Shown here: one piece after another, positions 13,625 to 28,560 of the stretch
Layout: each line of letters opens with the position of its first letter
How positions within the stretch are numbered: the first letter of the stretch is position 1
Origin: the human T2T-CHM13v2.0 reference genome, Homo sapiens
Length of the DNA: 64,000 nt
Direction: 5' to 3' (one strand)
Assembly: GCF_009914755.1 (NCBI RefSeq)
Contig: NC_060947.1
Translations under genes and position numbers: made by a program
The notes under the pieces: generated by a model
What the model was told of the DNA's origin: nothing
Seen by the model: only the letters and a program-made list of their open reading frames with translations
The model's database searches: none

Positions 13625-15251
13625 GAATATTGGTACCAAGAGTGGTATATTACTATAAAGGTAGCTAGAAATGTGGAAGCTACTTTGGAACTGGGTAACA
13701 GGTAGAGGTTGAAAGAGTGTGTAGAGCTCAGAAGAAGACAGGAAGATGAGGGAAAGTTTGGAACTTCCTAGAGACTTGTCGAATGGCTTTGACCAAAATG
13801 CTGATAGTGATAGGGGCAATAAAGACCACGCTGAGGTGGTCTCAGATGAAGATGAGAAACTTATGAGGAACTGGAGCAAAGGTCACATTCGTTATGCTTT
13901 AGCAAAGAACATGGAGGCATTGTGCCCCTTGCCCTAGGGATTTGTGGAACTTGTGAGTGATGATTTAGGGTATCTGGTGGAAGAAATTTCTTAGTAGCAA
14001 AGTGGTCAAGATGTTCTCTGGCTGATTCTATCAGCCTATGTTCATATGCATGAACAAAGAAATGACCTGAAACTGGAACTTATATTTAAAAGGGAAGCAG
14101 AGTGTAAGTTTAAAAAATTTTCAGCTTGGACGTGTAGTAGAAAAGAAAAACTCATTTTCAGGGAAGCATTTCAGGCAGGCTTCAGAAATTCATATACGTA
14201 AAATGGAGGCCAGTGCTGATAGCCAAGACAAAAAAAAAAAGGCCTTCATGGCATTTTAGAGATCTTCACGGCAGCCTCTCCCATCACAAGCCCCAGGGTC
14301 TAGGAGAAAATAATGGTTTTGTAGACCAGGCCATGGGCCCTGCTACCCTGCACAGTCTCAGGACACTGATCCCTGCATCCTAGCCACTCCAGCTCCAGCT
14401 GTGGCTCAAAGGGGCCAAGGTACAGCTCAAGATACTACTTCAGAGGGTGCAAGCCATAATCCTTGGCAGCTTCCAAGTGGTGTTAATCCTGTGGTGCACA
14501 GAGTGCAAGAGGTGAGGCTTGGGAGCCTCTGCCTAGATTTCAGAACATGTATTGAAAAGCCTGGATGTCCAGGCAGAATCCTGTTGCAGGGGCAGGGCCC
14601 TCATGGAGAACATCTACTAGGAAATTGTTGAGGGGAAATGTGGGGTTGGAGTTCCCTCACAGAGTTTCTACTTGGGCACTCCCTAGTGGAGCTGTGAGAA
14701 AAGGGTCACCATCTTCCAGAACCCAGAATAGTAGAGCCACTGAAAGGTGCACCATGCACCTGGAAAAGCCACAGGAATTCAACACCAGCCCATGAGAGCA
14801 GCCATGAGGAATGAACCCTGAAAATCCAAGGGAGCAGACCTGTCCAAGACTGTGGGAGCCAACCCCTTGCATCAGAGTGGCCTGGACATGAAACATGGGT
14901 TCAAAGGAGATAATTTTGGAACTTTAAAATTTAATGGCTGCCCTGCTGGGTTTTGGACTTGCATAGGGCCTGAAGTCCCCCCCACTTTTTTTTTGGCTGA
15001 TTTCTCATTTTTTGAATGAAAGTATTTACCTTGTGCCTATACCTCCATTGTATCTTGGAAGTAACTAACATTTTTTTATTGTACAAGCTCATAGGTGGAA
15101 GGGACTTCTAACCTTGTCTTAAATGAGAACTTGGACTTTAGAATTTTGAGTTAGTTCTGGAGTGAGTTAAGACTTTGGGAGACTGTTGGGAAGGCATGAT
15201 TGTAGTTTGCAATCTGAGAAGGAAACAAGATTTGGAGGGCAAAAGGCAGAA
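13625..15251 (+). mobile_element. MSTA internal region (decayed MaLR ORF)
   Basis: gaatattggtacc..., tttggaactgggtaacagg, gaccaaaatgctgatagtga; purine tract tttggagggcaaaaggcagaa before the 3' LTR. Confidence 0.9.
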
Positions 15252-15596
15252 CATTATGGTTTGAATCAGTGTCCCTACCAAATATTATATTGAATTGTAA
15301 TCCCCATTGTTGGAGGAGGGACTGGTGGGAGGTGATTAGAACATGGGGGCAGATTTCTCAAGAATGGCTTAGCACCATCCCCCTTAGTATTGTCTTAGTG
15401 ATACTGAGTGAGTTATCCTGATATCTGGCTGTTTAAAAGTATGTAGCACCCCCTACTCCTTGCTCCTGCTCCCATGATGTGAGATGCCTTGCTTACCCTT
15501 TGCCTTCCACTATGGTTGTAAGTTCCCTGAGGCCTCCCCAGAAGCTGATTTTGCTATGCTTTCTGTACAGCCTGCAGAACCATGAGCAAACTAAAC

Positions 15597-15630
<34 letters not shown>

Positions 15631-15711
15631 TATATATATATATAATTGTATATATAATTGTAAGGTCTCTGATATATGTTATATATATACACATATATAT
15701 TATATATATAA

Positions 15712-15768
<57 letters not shown>

Positions 15769-15825
15769 CACCCATTACCCAGTGGCAGGTATTTGTTTTT
15801 AGCAATGTGAGAATGGACTAATACA
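15252..15825 (+). mobile_element. MSTA 3' LTR with internal microsatellite
   Basis: Paralogous to 13213-13624; ends ggactaataca; imperfect 5-bp TSD caccc / caatc. Confidence 0.9.
15597..15770. repeat. Compound (TA)n/(CA)n microsatellite
   Basis: Directly visible TA runs and a CA run of about 20 units. Confidence 0.95.
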
Positions 15826-16678
15826 CAATCCTATGACTATTAACATGGTTAACAAGAGTACAGTGCTTACGGGCAAGTCCTTTTTCTTATTTAGCTTTGC
15901 ATTCTCTATTCATTTTCTAAGTAACTTAGGTCAGTACCTTATTCCTCTACCCTCTTCAATGAGGCTGTTTCAGACATTGATAATACAGTTAGATCTTGTT
16001 ACAGTCTGCATTCCTTCCCAGATCTTCTGACCCTCTTAATTATTTTTATATATGCATACATTTAAGGTTTACTCTATATAGTATAAAGTTCAATGGGTTT
16101 GACAAAGACATAATGGCATGTGTCCACTATTACAGTATCACACTAATTAATTTCACTGCTCTAAAATTTTGCTTTTTTTCACCTTTGCCTTCTCTACCTT
16201 CCTCACAAAACCCCTGCCAACCATAAACCTTTTTACTGTCTTTATAGTTTTGCTTTTTAAAAAATGTCACATAATTGGAATTTTAAAGTATACAGCATTT
16301 TCAGACTGACTTATTTTATACTATACTACCCTTTTAAGATCTATCCATGTCTTTTGGTTGCTTCATAGTTAATTTATTTTATTTTTTGCCAAATAATACT
16401 TCAACCTATAGATGTATTATAGTCTGTTTATGCATTCATATCTTGAAGAAAATATTGTTTGTTTCTCATTTTTGGCAATTATATATGAAGCTTCTATAAA
16501 CATTTTTTGCACATTTTTGTATGGACATAAGTTTTCAACTCAGTTGGATAAATATCTAAGAGCACAATTGCTAGATCATGTGGTGTAATTATCTTTAGAC
16601 TATTAAGAAACTGCCACGATGTCTTCCAAACTAGCTGAACCATTTTGCATTCCCACCCGCAATTATTAAGAATTCCCA

Positions 16679-17522
16679 GTGGGCAAAGGATATGAACAGA
16701 CACTTCTCAAAGGAAGTCATTTATGCAACCAACATACATATGCAAAAATGCTCATCATCACTGGTCATTAGAGAAATGCAAATCAAAACCACAATGAGAT
16801 ACCACCTCACGCCAGTTAGAATGGTGATCATTAAAAAGTCAGGAAACAACAGATGTTGGAGAGGATGTAGAGAAATACGAACGCTTTTACACTGTTGGTG
16901 GGAGTGTAAATTAATTCCACCATTGTGGAAGACAGTGTGGTGATTCCTCAAGGATCTAGAACTAGAAATACCATTTGACCCAGCAATCTCATTACTGGGT
17001 ATATACCCAAAGGATTATAAATCATTCTACGATAAAGACACATGCACACATATGTTCATTGCAGCACTATTCACAATAGCAAAGACTTGGAACCAGCCCA
17101 AATGTCCATCAATGATAGACTGGATTAAGAAAATATGGCACATATACACCATGGAATACTATGCAGCCATAAAAAAGGATGAGTTCATGTCCTTTGCAGG
17201 GACATGGGTGAAGCTGGAAACCATCATTCTCAACAAACTAACACAAGGACAGAAAACCAAACACCACATGTTCTCACTCTTAAATGGGAGTTGAACAATG
17301 AGAACACATGGACACAGGGCGGGGAACATCACACACCAGGGCTTGTCAGGGGGTAGGCGGCTGGGGGAAGGATAGCATTAGGATAAATACCTAATGTAAA
17401 TGATGAGTTGATGGGTGCAGCAAACCAACATGGCACATGTATACCTATGTAACAAACCTGCATGTTGTGCACATTGTACCCTAGAACTTAAAGTACAATT
17501 TTTTAAAAAAAGAAAACAAAAG
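16679..17522 (+). mobile_element. 5'-truncated L1PA (about PA6-PA8) 3' end
   Basis: ORFs 16692-16943 and 17052-17294 are L1 ORF2 C-terminus ([13 protein letters not shown]); L1PA 3'UTR; TSD gaattccca at 16670-16678 and 17523-17531. Confidence 0.95.
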
Positions 17523-17543
17523 GAATTCCCATTGCTCCATATT

Positions 17544-17927
17544 TGTTTTAGTCTATTTGTGGAACTACAACAAAATACCTGAGACTGGGTAAGTAATTTA
17601 TAAATAATAATGTATTTTCTCACAGTTCTGAAGGCTAAGTCCAAAATCAAGGCACTGGCAGGTTAGGTGTCTGGTAAGGGCCCTTGTCTCTGCATCTGTT
17701 ATAGTGCTTTGTACAGTGTGTTTTCATAAGGCAGAAGGTATGGCTGGGCAAATAAAAGGGGCCACACTGTCTATGTGAAGTCTATTTTAAAGAACACTAA
17801 TCCCATCTGTGAAGGCAGATCCCTCATGGCCTAATAACATCCTAAAGGCCCCACCTTTTAATACTGTTACACTGGAAATTAAGTTTCAACATGAATCTTG
17901 AGGGATACAAACTTTCAAACCATAGCA
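17544..17927 (-). mobile_element. MSTC/MSTD-like MaLR solo LTR
   Basis: tgttttagtc...aaatacctgagactgggt...ctcacagttctg...ttcaaaccatagca; degenerate TSD atatt / acatc. Confidence 0.8.
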
Positions 17928-18767
17928 ACATCCTTGCCAACATTTTATATAGTCAGTTTTATAACTTTAGCTATTTTAATAAGTGTATAGTGGTATCCCA
18001 TTCTTTTAATTTGTAATTACCTAATTACATATGACTTGAACATCTTTTCACTTGCTTATTTACCATCTTCTTTCATGGCATGTTTGCACAGTATTTTGCC
18101 TATTTACTAATTGAGTTGCTTGTTTCTTATTGTTCAGTTACAAGAATTCTTTGTATATTTTTGGCACATGTCCTTTATTAGATATATTGTTTTTCTAGTA
18201 TTTAACTTCTCCTTTCAATGTCTGAAGAGCATAAGTTATGCAGCAGATATTTTAAATTTTAATAAAGTCCAGTTTATCAATTTTTCTTTCATGAATTCTG
18301 CTTTTGGTGTTGTAGCTAAAAAAATCATCCAAAACCAAAGGCCATCTATATTTTCTCTTGTTTTCTTCTATCAGTTTTATAGTTTTGCATTTTACCTTTA
18401 GGTCTGACTCATTTTGAGTAAATTTTTGTGAAAGGCATAAAGACTGTGCCTAAATTACTTTTTTTTTCTTACATAATGTATTTCCAATTATTCCAGGACC
18501 ATTTGTTGACAAATTATTCTCTCTCCATTAAATTTCCTTTGTTTTTTCTTTGTTTTTTTTTTTTTTTTTTTGACAAAGACCCATTGACTATATTTCTATG
18601 GGTGTATTTCTGAATTCTCTATTATGTCCCATTAATCTATATGCCTATTCTTTTACCAATGAAATGTCTTAATTACAGTATCTTTATACTGTGCCTGAAG
18701 TTAGGTATGTCATACCTGCAAATTTTTTTTCTTTTTCTTCAGGATTTTGTTGGCTATTAAGAGTCCT

Positions 18768-19065
18768 GGCTGGGCACCGTGGCTCACACCTCTAATCCCA
18801 GCACTTTGTGAGTCTGAGGTGGGTGGATCACCTGAGGTTAGGAGTTTGAGACCAACCTGGCCAACATCGTGAAGCCTCAACTCTACTAAAAATACAAAAA
18901 TTAGCCGGGCATGGCCACACACACCTGTAGTCCCAGCTACTCAGGAGGCTGAGGCAGGAAAGTCACTTGAACCCAGGAAGCAGAAGTTGCAGTGAGCCAT
19001 GATTGAGCCACTGCACTCCAGCCAGGGCAACGGAGCAAGACTCCATCTCCAAAACAAACAAACAA
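18768..19065 (+). mobile_element. AluS (Sx/Sq-like)
   Basis: Full dimer, gatcacctgagg, (AAAC)n tail, TSD aagagtcct at 18759-18767 and 19066-19074. Confidence 0.95.
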
Positions 19066-19991
19066 AAGAGTCCTTTGCCATCTCGTAACAACTTTAATAT
19101 TAATTTTTCAAAAACCACAAAATATCTTCCTGAAATTTTGTTTCATGTTGTTGTCAATTTGGGAAAAATTCACATCTTAACAATGTTGAGTTTTCTAATC
19201 CATAAATATGAAATATCTCTTCATTTATTTATATATGTGACTTTTTTCATTAGAGTTTTGTAGTTTTCTGTGTACAAGTACTATACATATTTTATTAAAT
19301 ATACACCTAGGTGTTTTTGCATTGTTTTTAAGTTATAAAGCTAATTATATTTTTTACGTATAATTCCAAGTGTTCATTTCTGTTAAAAAAATTACATTTT
19401 TTTGTTTTGTTTTTCAAATTTTATTTTAGATTCAGGTGGTACACAAAAGATTTTGTTACCTTGGTATATTACGTCATGCTGAGAGGTTTACAGTATGAAA
19501 GATCCTATCACTCAGGCACTGAGAAGAGTACCCAACAGTTTTTCAACCATTGTCCCTTGCAGTAGTCCCCAGTGTCTATTGTTGCCATCTTAATGCTCAT
19601 GAGTACCCAATGTTTAGCCCCACCTGTGTGTGAGATAATGCAGTATTTGATTTTCTGTTCTTGTGCTAATTAGCTTATGATAATGGCCTCCAGCTGCATC
19701 CATGTCCATCATTTTTACGGCTACATTGTATTCCATGGTGTATATGTACCACATTTTCTTTATCCAATCCACTGTTAGAGGACATCTAGGTTGATCACAT
19801 GTCTTTGCTATTGTGAATAATGCTGTGATAAACATACACTTGCATGTGTCTTTTTGATAGAATTATTTGTTTTCTTTTGGATATATATCCAGTAATGGGA
19901 TTGCTGGGTCAAACTGTAGCAAGTTCTTTGACAAATCTCCATACTGTTATCCAAAGAGTCTGAACTAATATACATTCCCACAAATGATGTG

Positions 19992-22697
<2,706 letters not shown>

Positions 22698-24489
22698 GTG
22701 TGTAAGCATTCCCTTTTCTCAGCAGCCTCACCAACATCTGTTTTTTTTTTTATTTTTAATAAGAGACATTCTGACTGGTGTTTAAAAGTACCTTATTGTT
22801 GTTATGATTTGTATTTCTCTGATGATTAGTGATGTTGAGCATTCATTTATATGTGTGTTGACCACTTGTATGTCTTCTTTTGAGAAGTTTCTCTTTATGT
22901 CTTTTGTCCATTTTTTAATGGGGTTATTTATTCTTTGCCTGTTCAGTTGTTTAAGTTACTTATAGACTTTGGATATTAGACCTTTGTCAGATGCATAGTT
23001 TGTAAATATTTTCTCCCATTCTGTAGGTTGTCTCTTTACTCTGTTTATAGTTTCTTTTGCTGTGTGTAAGCTCTTTAATTAGGTCCTACTTGTCCATTTT
23101 TTGGTTTTGTTGCATTTGCTTTTGAGGACTTAGTCATAAATTCTTTCCCAAGACTGATATCCAGAATGGTGTTTCCTAGGTTTTGCTTTAGGATTCTTAT
23201 ACTTTGAGGTATTACATTTAAATCTTTCATGCATCTTGAGTTTATTTTTGTATATGGTGAATTGTAGGAGTCCAGTTTAATTCTTTTGCATATGCCTTGT
23301 AGCTATCCCAGCCCTATTTATTGAACAAGGAGTCCTTTCCTCATTGATTATTTTTATTGACTGCTGAAGATGAGATAAATGTAGGTGTGAAGCTTTATTT
23401 CTGGGTTATATATTATCTTCCATTGTTCTAGGTGTCTGCTTTGTACCAGAACCATGGTATTTTGGTTACTGTTGACTTATAGTATAGTTTGAAGTTGGGT
23501 GATGTGATGCCTCTGGCTTTGATCTTTTTCCACATGAATGCTTTGGCTATCTGGGCTGTTTTTTGTTTCTCTGTGAATCTTAGAATAGTTTTTACCAATT
23601 CTGTGAAAAAAAAATTATGTTGGTAGTTTGATAGGAATAGTGTTGAATCTGTAGTTGCTTTGGACAGTATGGGCATTTTAATGGCATTAATTCTTCCAAT
23701 CCAGGAACATAGAAGCCTTTTCCATTTGTTTATGTCACCTATGATTTCTTTTAGCAGTGTTTTTTTTTTTTTTATTTATTTGTGTGTGTTTGTGTTTGTG
23801 TGTGTGTGGAAATTTTTAACCTTATTAGTTAGATGTATTCCTAGGCATCAAATTTTGTATATTAACAGTATATTTTGTGACAAAGTTATCATTGCTTATA
23901 TCTTCTTAGGAGTTATTGTCAATTATTTGTGATTAGTAGACTGACTTTACTTTGTAAAAAGTATTGTTAATTTATCTCTTCTTTTTCTTGGCTAGACTTG
24001 CTAGAGGTTAAAAGATTCTATTATCTTTTCAAAAACCAGATTTGGTTTTTCCTTTTTTTCTGTATTATTTTTGCTTTTAATTTTGTTGATTATTGACTTT
24101 AAGTCATTTATTATTTTACTTTCTTTAGGCTATCTTTGTCACTTTATTATTATATGAGATGAACTTTGGTTACCGATTTCAGAGATTTGTTCTTTTCTAA
24201 TTTCTGCATTTAATTCTATACATTTTCCACTCTTCACTGCTTTTGCTGCCTTCCACAAATTTTTATAAGTTGTATTTTTCTTTTGATTTAGTTGACAATA
24301 TATTTTTTAATTTACCTTGAGTGTTTTTCTTTGATACATTTGTTATTTAAAAGTTTAGTGCCTAATCTTGAAATATTTTAAAAGTTTTCAGCTATCTTTC
24401 TCCTATTGATTTAAATGTTAATTCCATTGTGGTCCAAGGACATACATTATATGATTTTTTTCTTTTAAATTTATTAAGATAACATGATA

Positions 24490-24900
24490 TTAGAAAAAAA
24501 AAAGCTAGAAAGGAAACCCAAAATGTCCATCCCACCCAAAAAGCAGTGAATAAGCTAGCAAAAACAATCAGAATCAACTTTTTCAGAACCACCAAATGTC
24601 ATAAAAACTTACAGAAACCAGGGGAGTGGTTATTGAAGAAAATAATAACAGCTGAGTCTTGGTAAAAGAGCTTTGTGGCATTTTTATTTACTTTGGTACC
24701 ATCCTCTACTACTCATTTTGGTGATGACCTTGCATTCTTGGAAGAAATTTTTAGTACTGATTTTCTAGTAGTAGAGGGAAAAGTACTATCCCATTCTCAA
24801 AGAATTATTGTTGTTTGTTTTTATCTAGCCAACTTGGAACTTTCTCAGAGCTGGATATACTACTTGGGTTGAAATTGGTCAACAACTGTTCAAGGTGAGA
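24490..24900 (+). mobile_element. Ancient L1M (MC/MD/ME) 5'UTR fragment
   Basis: gcaaaaacaatcagaatcaactttttcagaac...gagctttgtggcatttt resembles old L1 5' ends. Confidence 0.5.
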
Positions 24901-25546
24901 TTTGAGGCAGAGCAAGATGGCAGAATAGAAGGGTCCATTGATTGCCTCTCTTGCAAGGACACCAATTTAACAAATATATACACAAAATAAACGTTCATAA
25001 GAACCAAAAATCAAGTGAGCACACAGAGCACCTGTTTTTAGCTTTGTATCACTGAAAGAGGCAGTGAAAAGGTAGGTAAAAAAATCTTGAATAGCCAAAA
25101 CACCACCCATTCACCATCCCCTGGCAGTGGTGGCATGGTGTGGAAACATTTTAGTGCACTAGGGTGAGGGAGATCATGGCATTTGTGAGGCATTAAACTC
25201 AGTGCTGTCCTATTATAACAGAAAAAAAAAAAAAACTCCACACCAAACTCAGCTGATGCCCACCAAGGGAGAGAGCATTTAAAACAGCCCTAACAAGAGG
25301 GGAATTACCAATACCAGCAGTGGGAACTTGAGTTCCCACATCCCTCACCACTGCTTGCTAAAGTGCCTTGGGGAGTTAAATAAACTTGAAAAGCAGCGTA
25401 GGCCACACGGACTGAAACACCTATGGTGAGTCCTAGTACTGAACTGGGCCCAGAGACAGTGGACTGGAGGGGCATGTTACCTACTGAGACACTAGTTGGG
25501 GAGGCTAAGGGAGTGTTAGCATCACCCCTCCCAAAACCCTAGGCCG

Positions 25547-25845
25547 GGCTGGGCACGGTGGCTCACACCTGTGATCCCAGCACTTTGGGGGCCAAGGTGG
25601 GTGGATCGCCTGAGGTCAGGAGTTTGAGACCAGCCTAGCCAACATGGTGAAACCTCATCTCTACTAAAAATACAAAAATTAGCCGGGCATGGTGGTGGGA
25701 GCTTGTAATCCCAGCTACTCAGGAAGCTGAGGCAGGACAATCCCTTGAACTCAGGAGGAGGAGGTTGCAGTGAGCCAATGTTGCACCATTCCATTCCAGC
25801 CTGGGCGACAAGAGCGAGACTTCATTTCAAAAAAGAAAAAGAAAA
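25547..25845 (+). mobile_element. AluSq/Sp-like
   Basis: Full dimer, gacaagagcgagac; TSD aaaaccctaggc(c/t)g at 25533-25546 and 25846-25859. Confidence 0.95.
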
Positions 25846-27229
25846 AAAACCCTAGGCTGCAGAACTCATGGCGCCAAAAGAGACTCCTTCTCTCCACTTG
25901 AGGAGAGAAGAGGAAAGAGGGGGGAGGACTTTGTTTGTATTTTGGATACCAGCAAAGCCACAGCAGGATAGGGCATCATCAGAGTTGTGAGGCCCCCTTT
26001 CCACGTCCTAACTCACAGACAACATTTCTAGACACACCATGGGCCAGAAGGGAACCTGCTGCCTTGAAGGGAAGGAACCAGTCCTGGCAGGATGTATCAC
26101 CTGCTAACTGAAGAGTCCTTGAGCATTGAATAACCAGCAGTGATACCCACTTACTATATATAGAGGGCCGTGAGTGAGACTCTGAGACTCGCTGCTTCAG
26201 GTGAGACTCAGCACTTTCCCAGCTCTGGTAGCTATGGGAAGACACTCCACCCACTTAAGAACAGCAGATGGAAAAGTAAAGCAGACTTTGGCTTGCAACT
26301 TAAGTATCAACGTGCCCACAATGGGGAAGAGCACTAGGAAGGCTCTTGAGGTCCCAAATTTTAGGACTCGGCTCTTGGAATGCATTTTTGGAACTGTCCT
26401 AGGACACAGGGGATCCCACTGCCCTGGAGGATGAGTTCCAGGCCAGGCAACAGTCACCACAAGCTGACTTAAGAGACCTTGAGTCTTAGGGGAACATCAG
26501 TGATAGTCTGGCAATTCTCCCCATAGGTCTATGGTGGTGGTGGTGGTGGTGGCCATGAGATGAGGATCTTCTGCCTTTGGAAAGGGAACAGAAAAGTGGG
26601 AAGGACTGCATCTAGTGTTTTGAGTACAAGCTCAGCTGCAGTACAATAGAACACCAGGTAGACTTCTAAGGATCTTGCCTCTAGTCCCTGGCTCCCAGAT
26701 GGCAACTCTGGACAGACCTGGGGTCTAAGGGAAGCTGCCACCCTGAAGTGAGGACACAGATCTGGCTGGATTTGCCATATGCTGTTTTTAGACCCCTGGT
26801 GCCTTGAGCAAACATAGGCAGTAGCCAGTGAGTGATTACAGCAGGCCTTGGATAAGATCCCATGCTATGCTTTCTTCATATCTGACTCAACACAGTCTCA
26901 CTGGTGGTGACTACTGAGGTGCTTGTGTCACACCACCTGCAGCTCCAGGTGTCTCAAAAGAGAGAGAGAGAGACTCTGTTTGTTTGGGAAAAAGTAAGGG
27001 AAGAGAACAGGAGTCTCAGCCTGGTAATCTAGATAATTCTTCCAGATCTTATCCAAAACTATCAAGATGGAAACTCTACGAGTCTGTAAGAACCACAGAG
27101 TTACTGCAATTAGGATGCCTCCTAAAGAAGAAACAGTTTAGATGCAAGGATGGTTCAACATATGCAAATCAATATCTACATGATATATCTTATCAACAGA
27201 ATGAAGGACAAAAACCATTTAATAATTTT

Positions 27230-27580
<351 letters not shown>

Positions 27581-27729
27581 TCAATATCCATTTGTTATAA
27601 AAATCCTCAAAAAGCTGGGAATAGAAGAAAATACTGCAACACAATAAAAGTTATATATTATAGACCCACAGCTAGTATCATACTGAATGGAGAAAAACTG
27701 CTACATTAAGGTGCATTGGTGAGACTGTA

Positions 27730-28560
27730 ACAATACTAACCTGATAGTAATCACTCTCCTGAATTCTAAAACAAAGTTTGGTGTTTACTGCTTTTGAACA
27801 TTATATACATGGAATCATATTTTATTTGCTCTTTTGTTTTCTAGGGTTTTTTTTTGGTTTCACAAGCATTCTTACTCTTATTGTTATGCTTGCCAGATTT
27901 ATCTGTGCAGCTCTGTATAGCTGTAGATGATTAATTCTTGTTACCTTGTGTGTATATTCCATTGTGAATATACTATAATTTATATATCCAAACTGCTATT
28001 GATGAGTATTTGGGTGGTTTTCCATTTGTGTTTATTATAAATAATACTACAATGAACATCATTGTATATGTTTTTTCATGAATATATATGTGCATTTTTA
28101 TTGTAGGAATGGTTAGTTCTTAGGATGTACACATGTTAAGCTTTAGTAGATAATACAAAGTAGTTTAACAAAATGATTATAGCAGTTAATTCCTCCATTA
28201 GTGCTGTGTGAAAATTCCAATTGTTCCACTTACTCTTTAATGCTTCATCTTTGCTGCCTTTTTTTTTTAGCCTTCTTTTTGGGATTATAATAGTATTGTA
28301 TGGTAGATTTAATTTGAGTTTTCCTGATGACCAATAAAGTTAAACACCCTTTCAATATGTTTACTGGTGATGCAAATATCCTCTTTAGCTTATTTTTCTA
28401 TTAAATTATCTGGTTTTTGCTTATTGATTTGTAATAGTTCTTTATATTATCCAGATATTAGTCATTTGCAATATGTGTGTTGCAAATATCTTCTCTCATT
28501 TTGTGTTTTGCTTTTTTATTTCCTTAAGGTATATTTAAGTAAAAAAAAAAAAAACATTCA
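27730..28560 (-). mobile_element. L1ME-type 3' region
   Basis: atatacatggaatcata, gatgagtatttgggtggtttt, ttgcaaatatcttctc are antisense old-L1 motifs. Confidence 0.7.
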
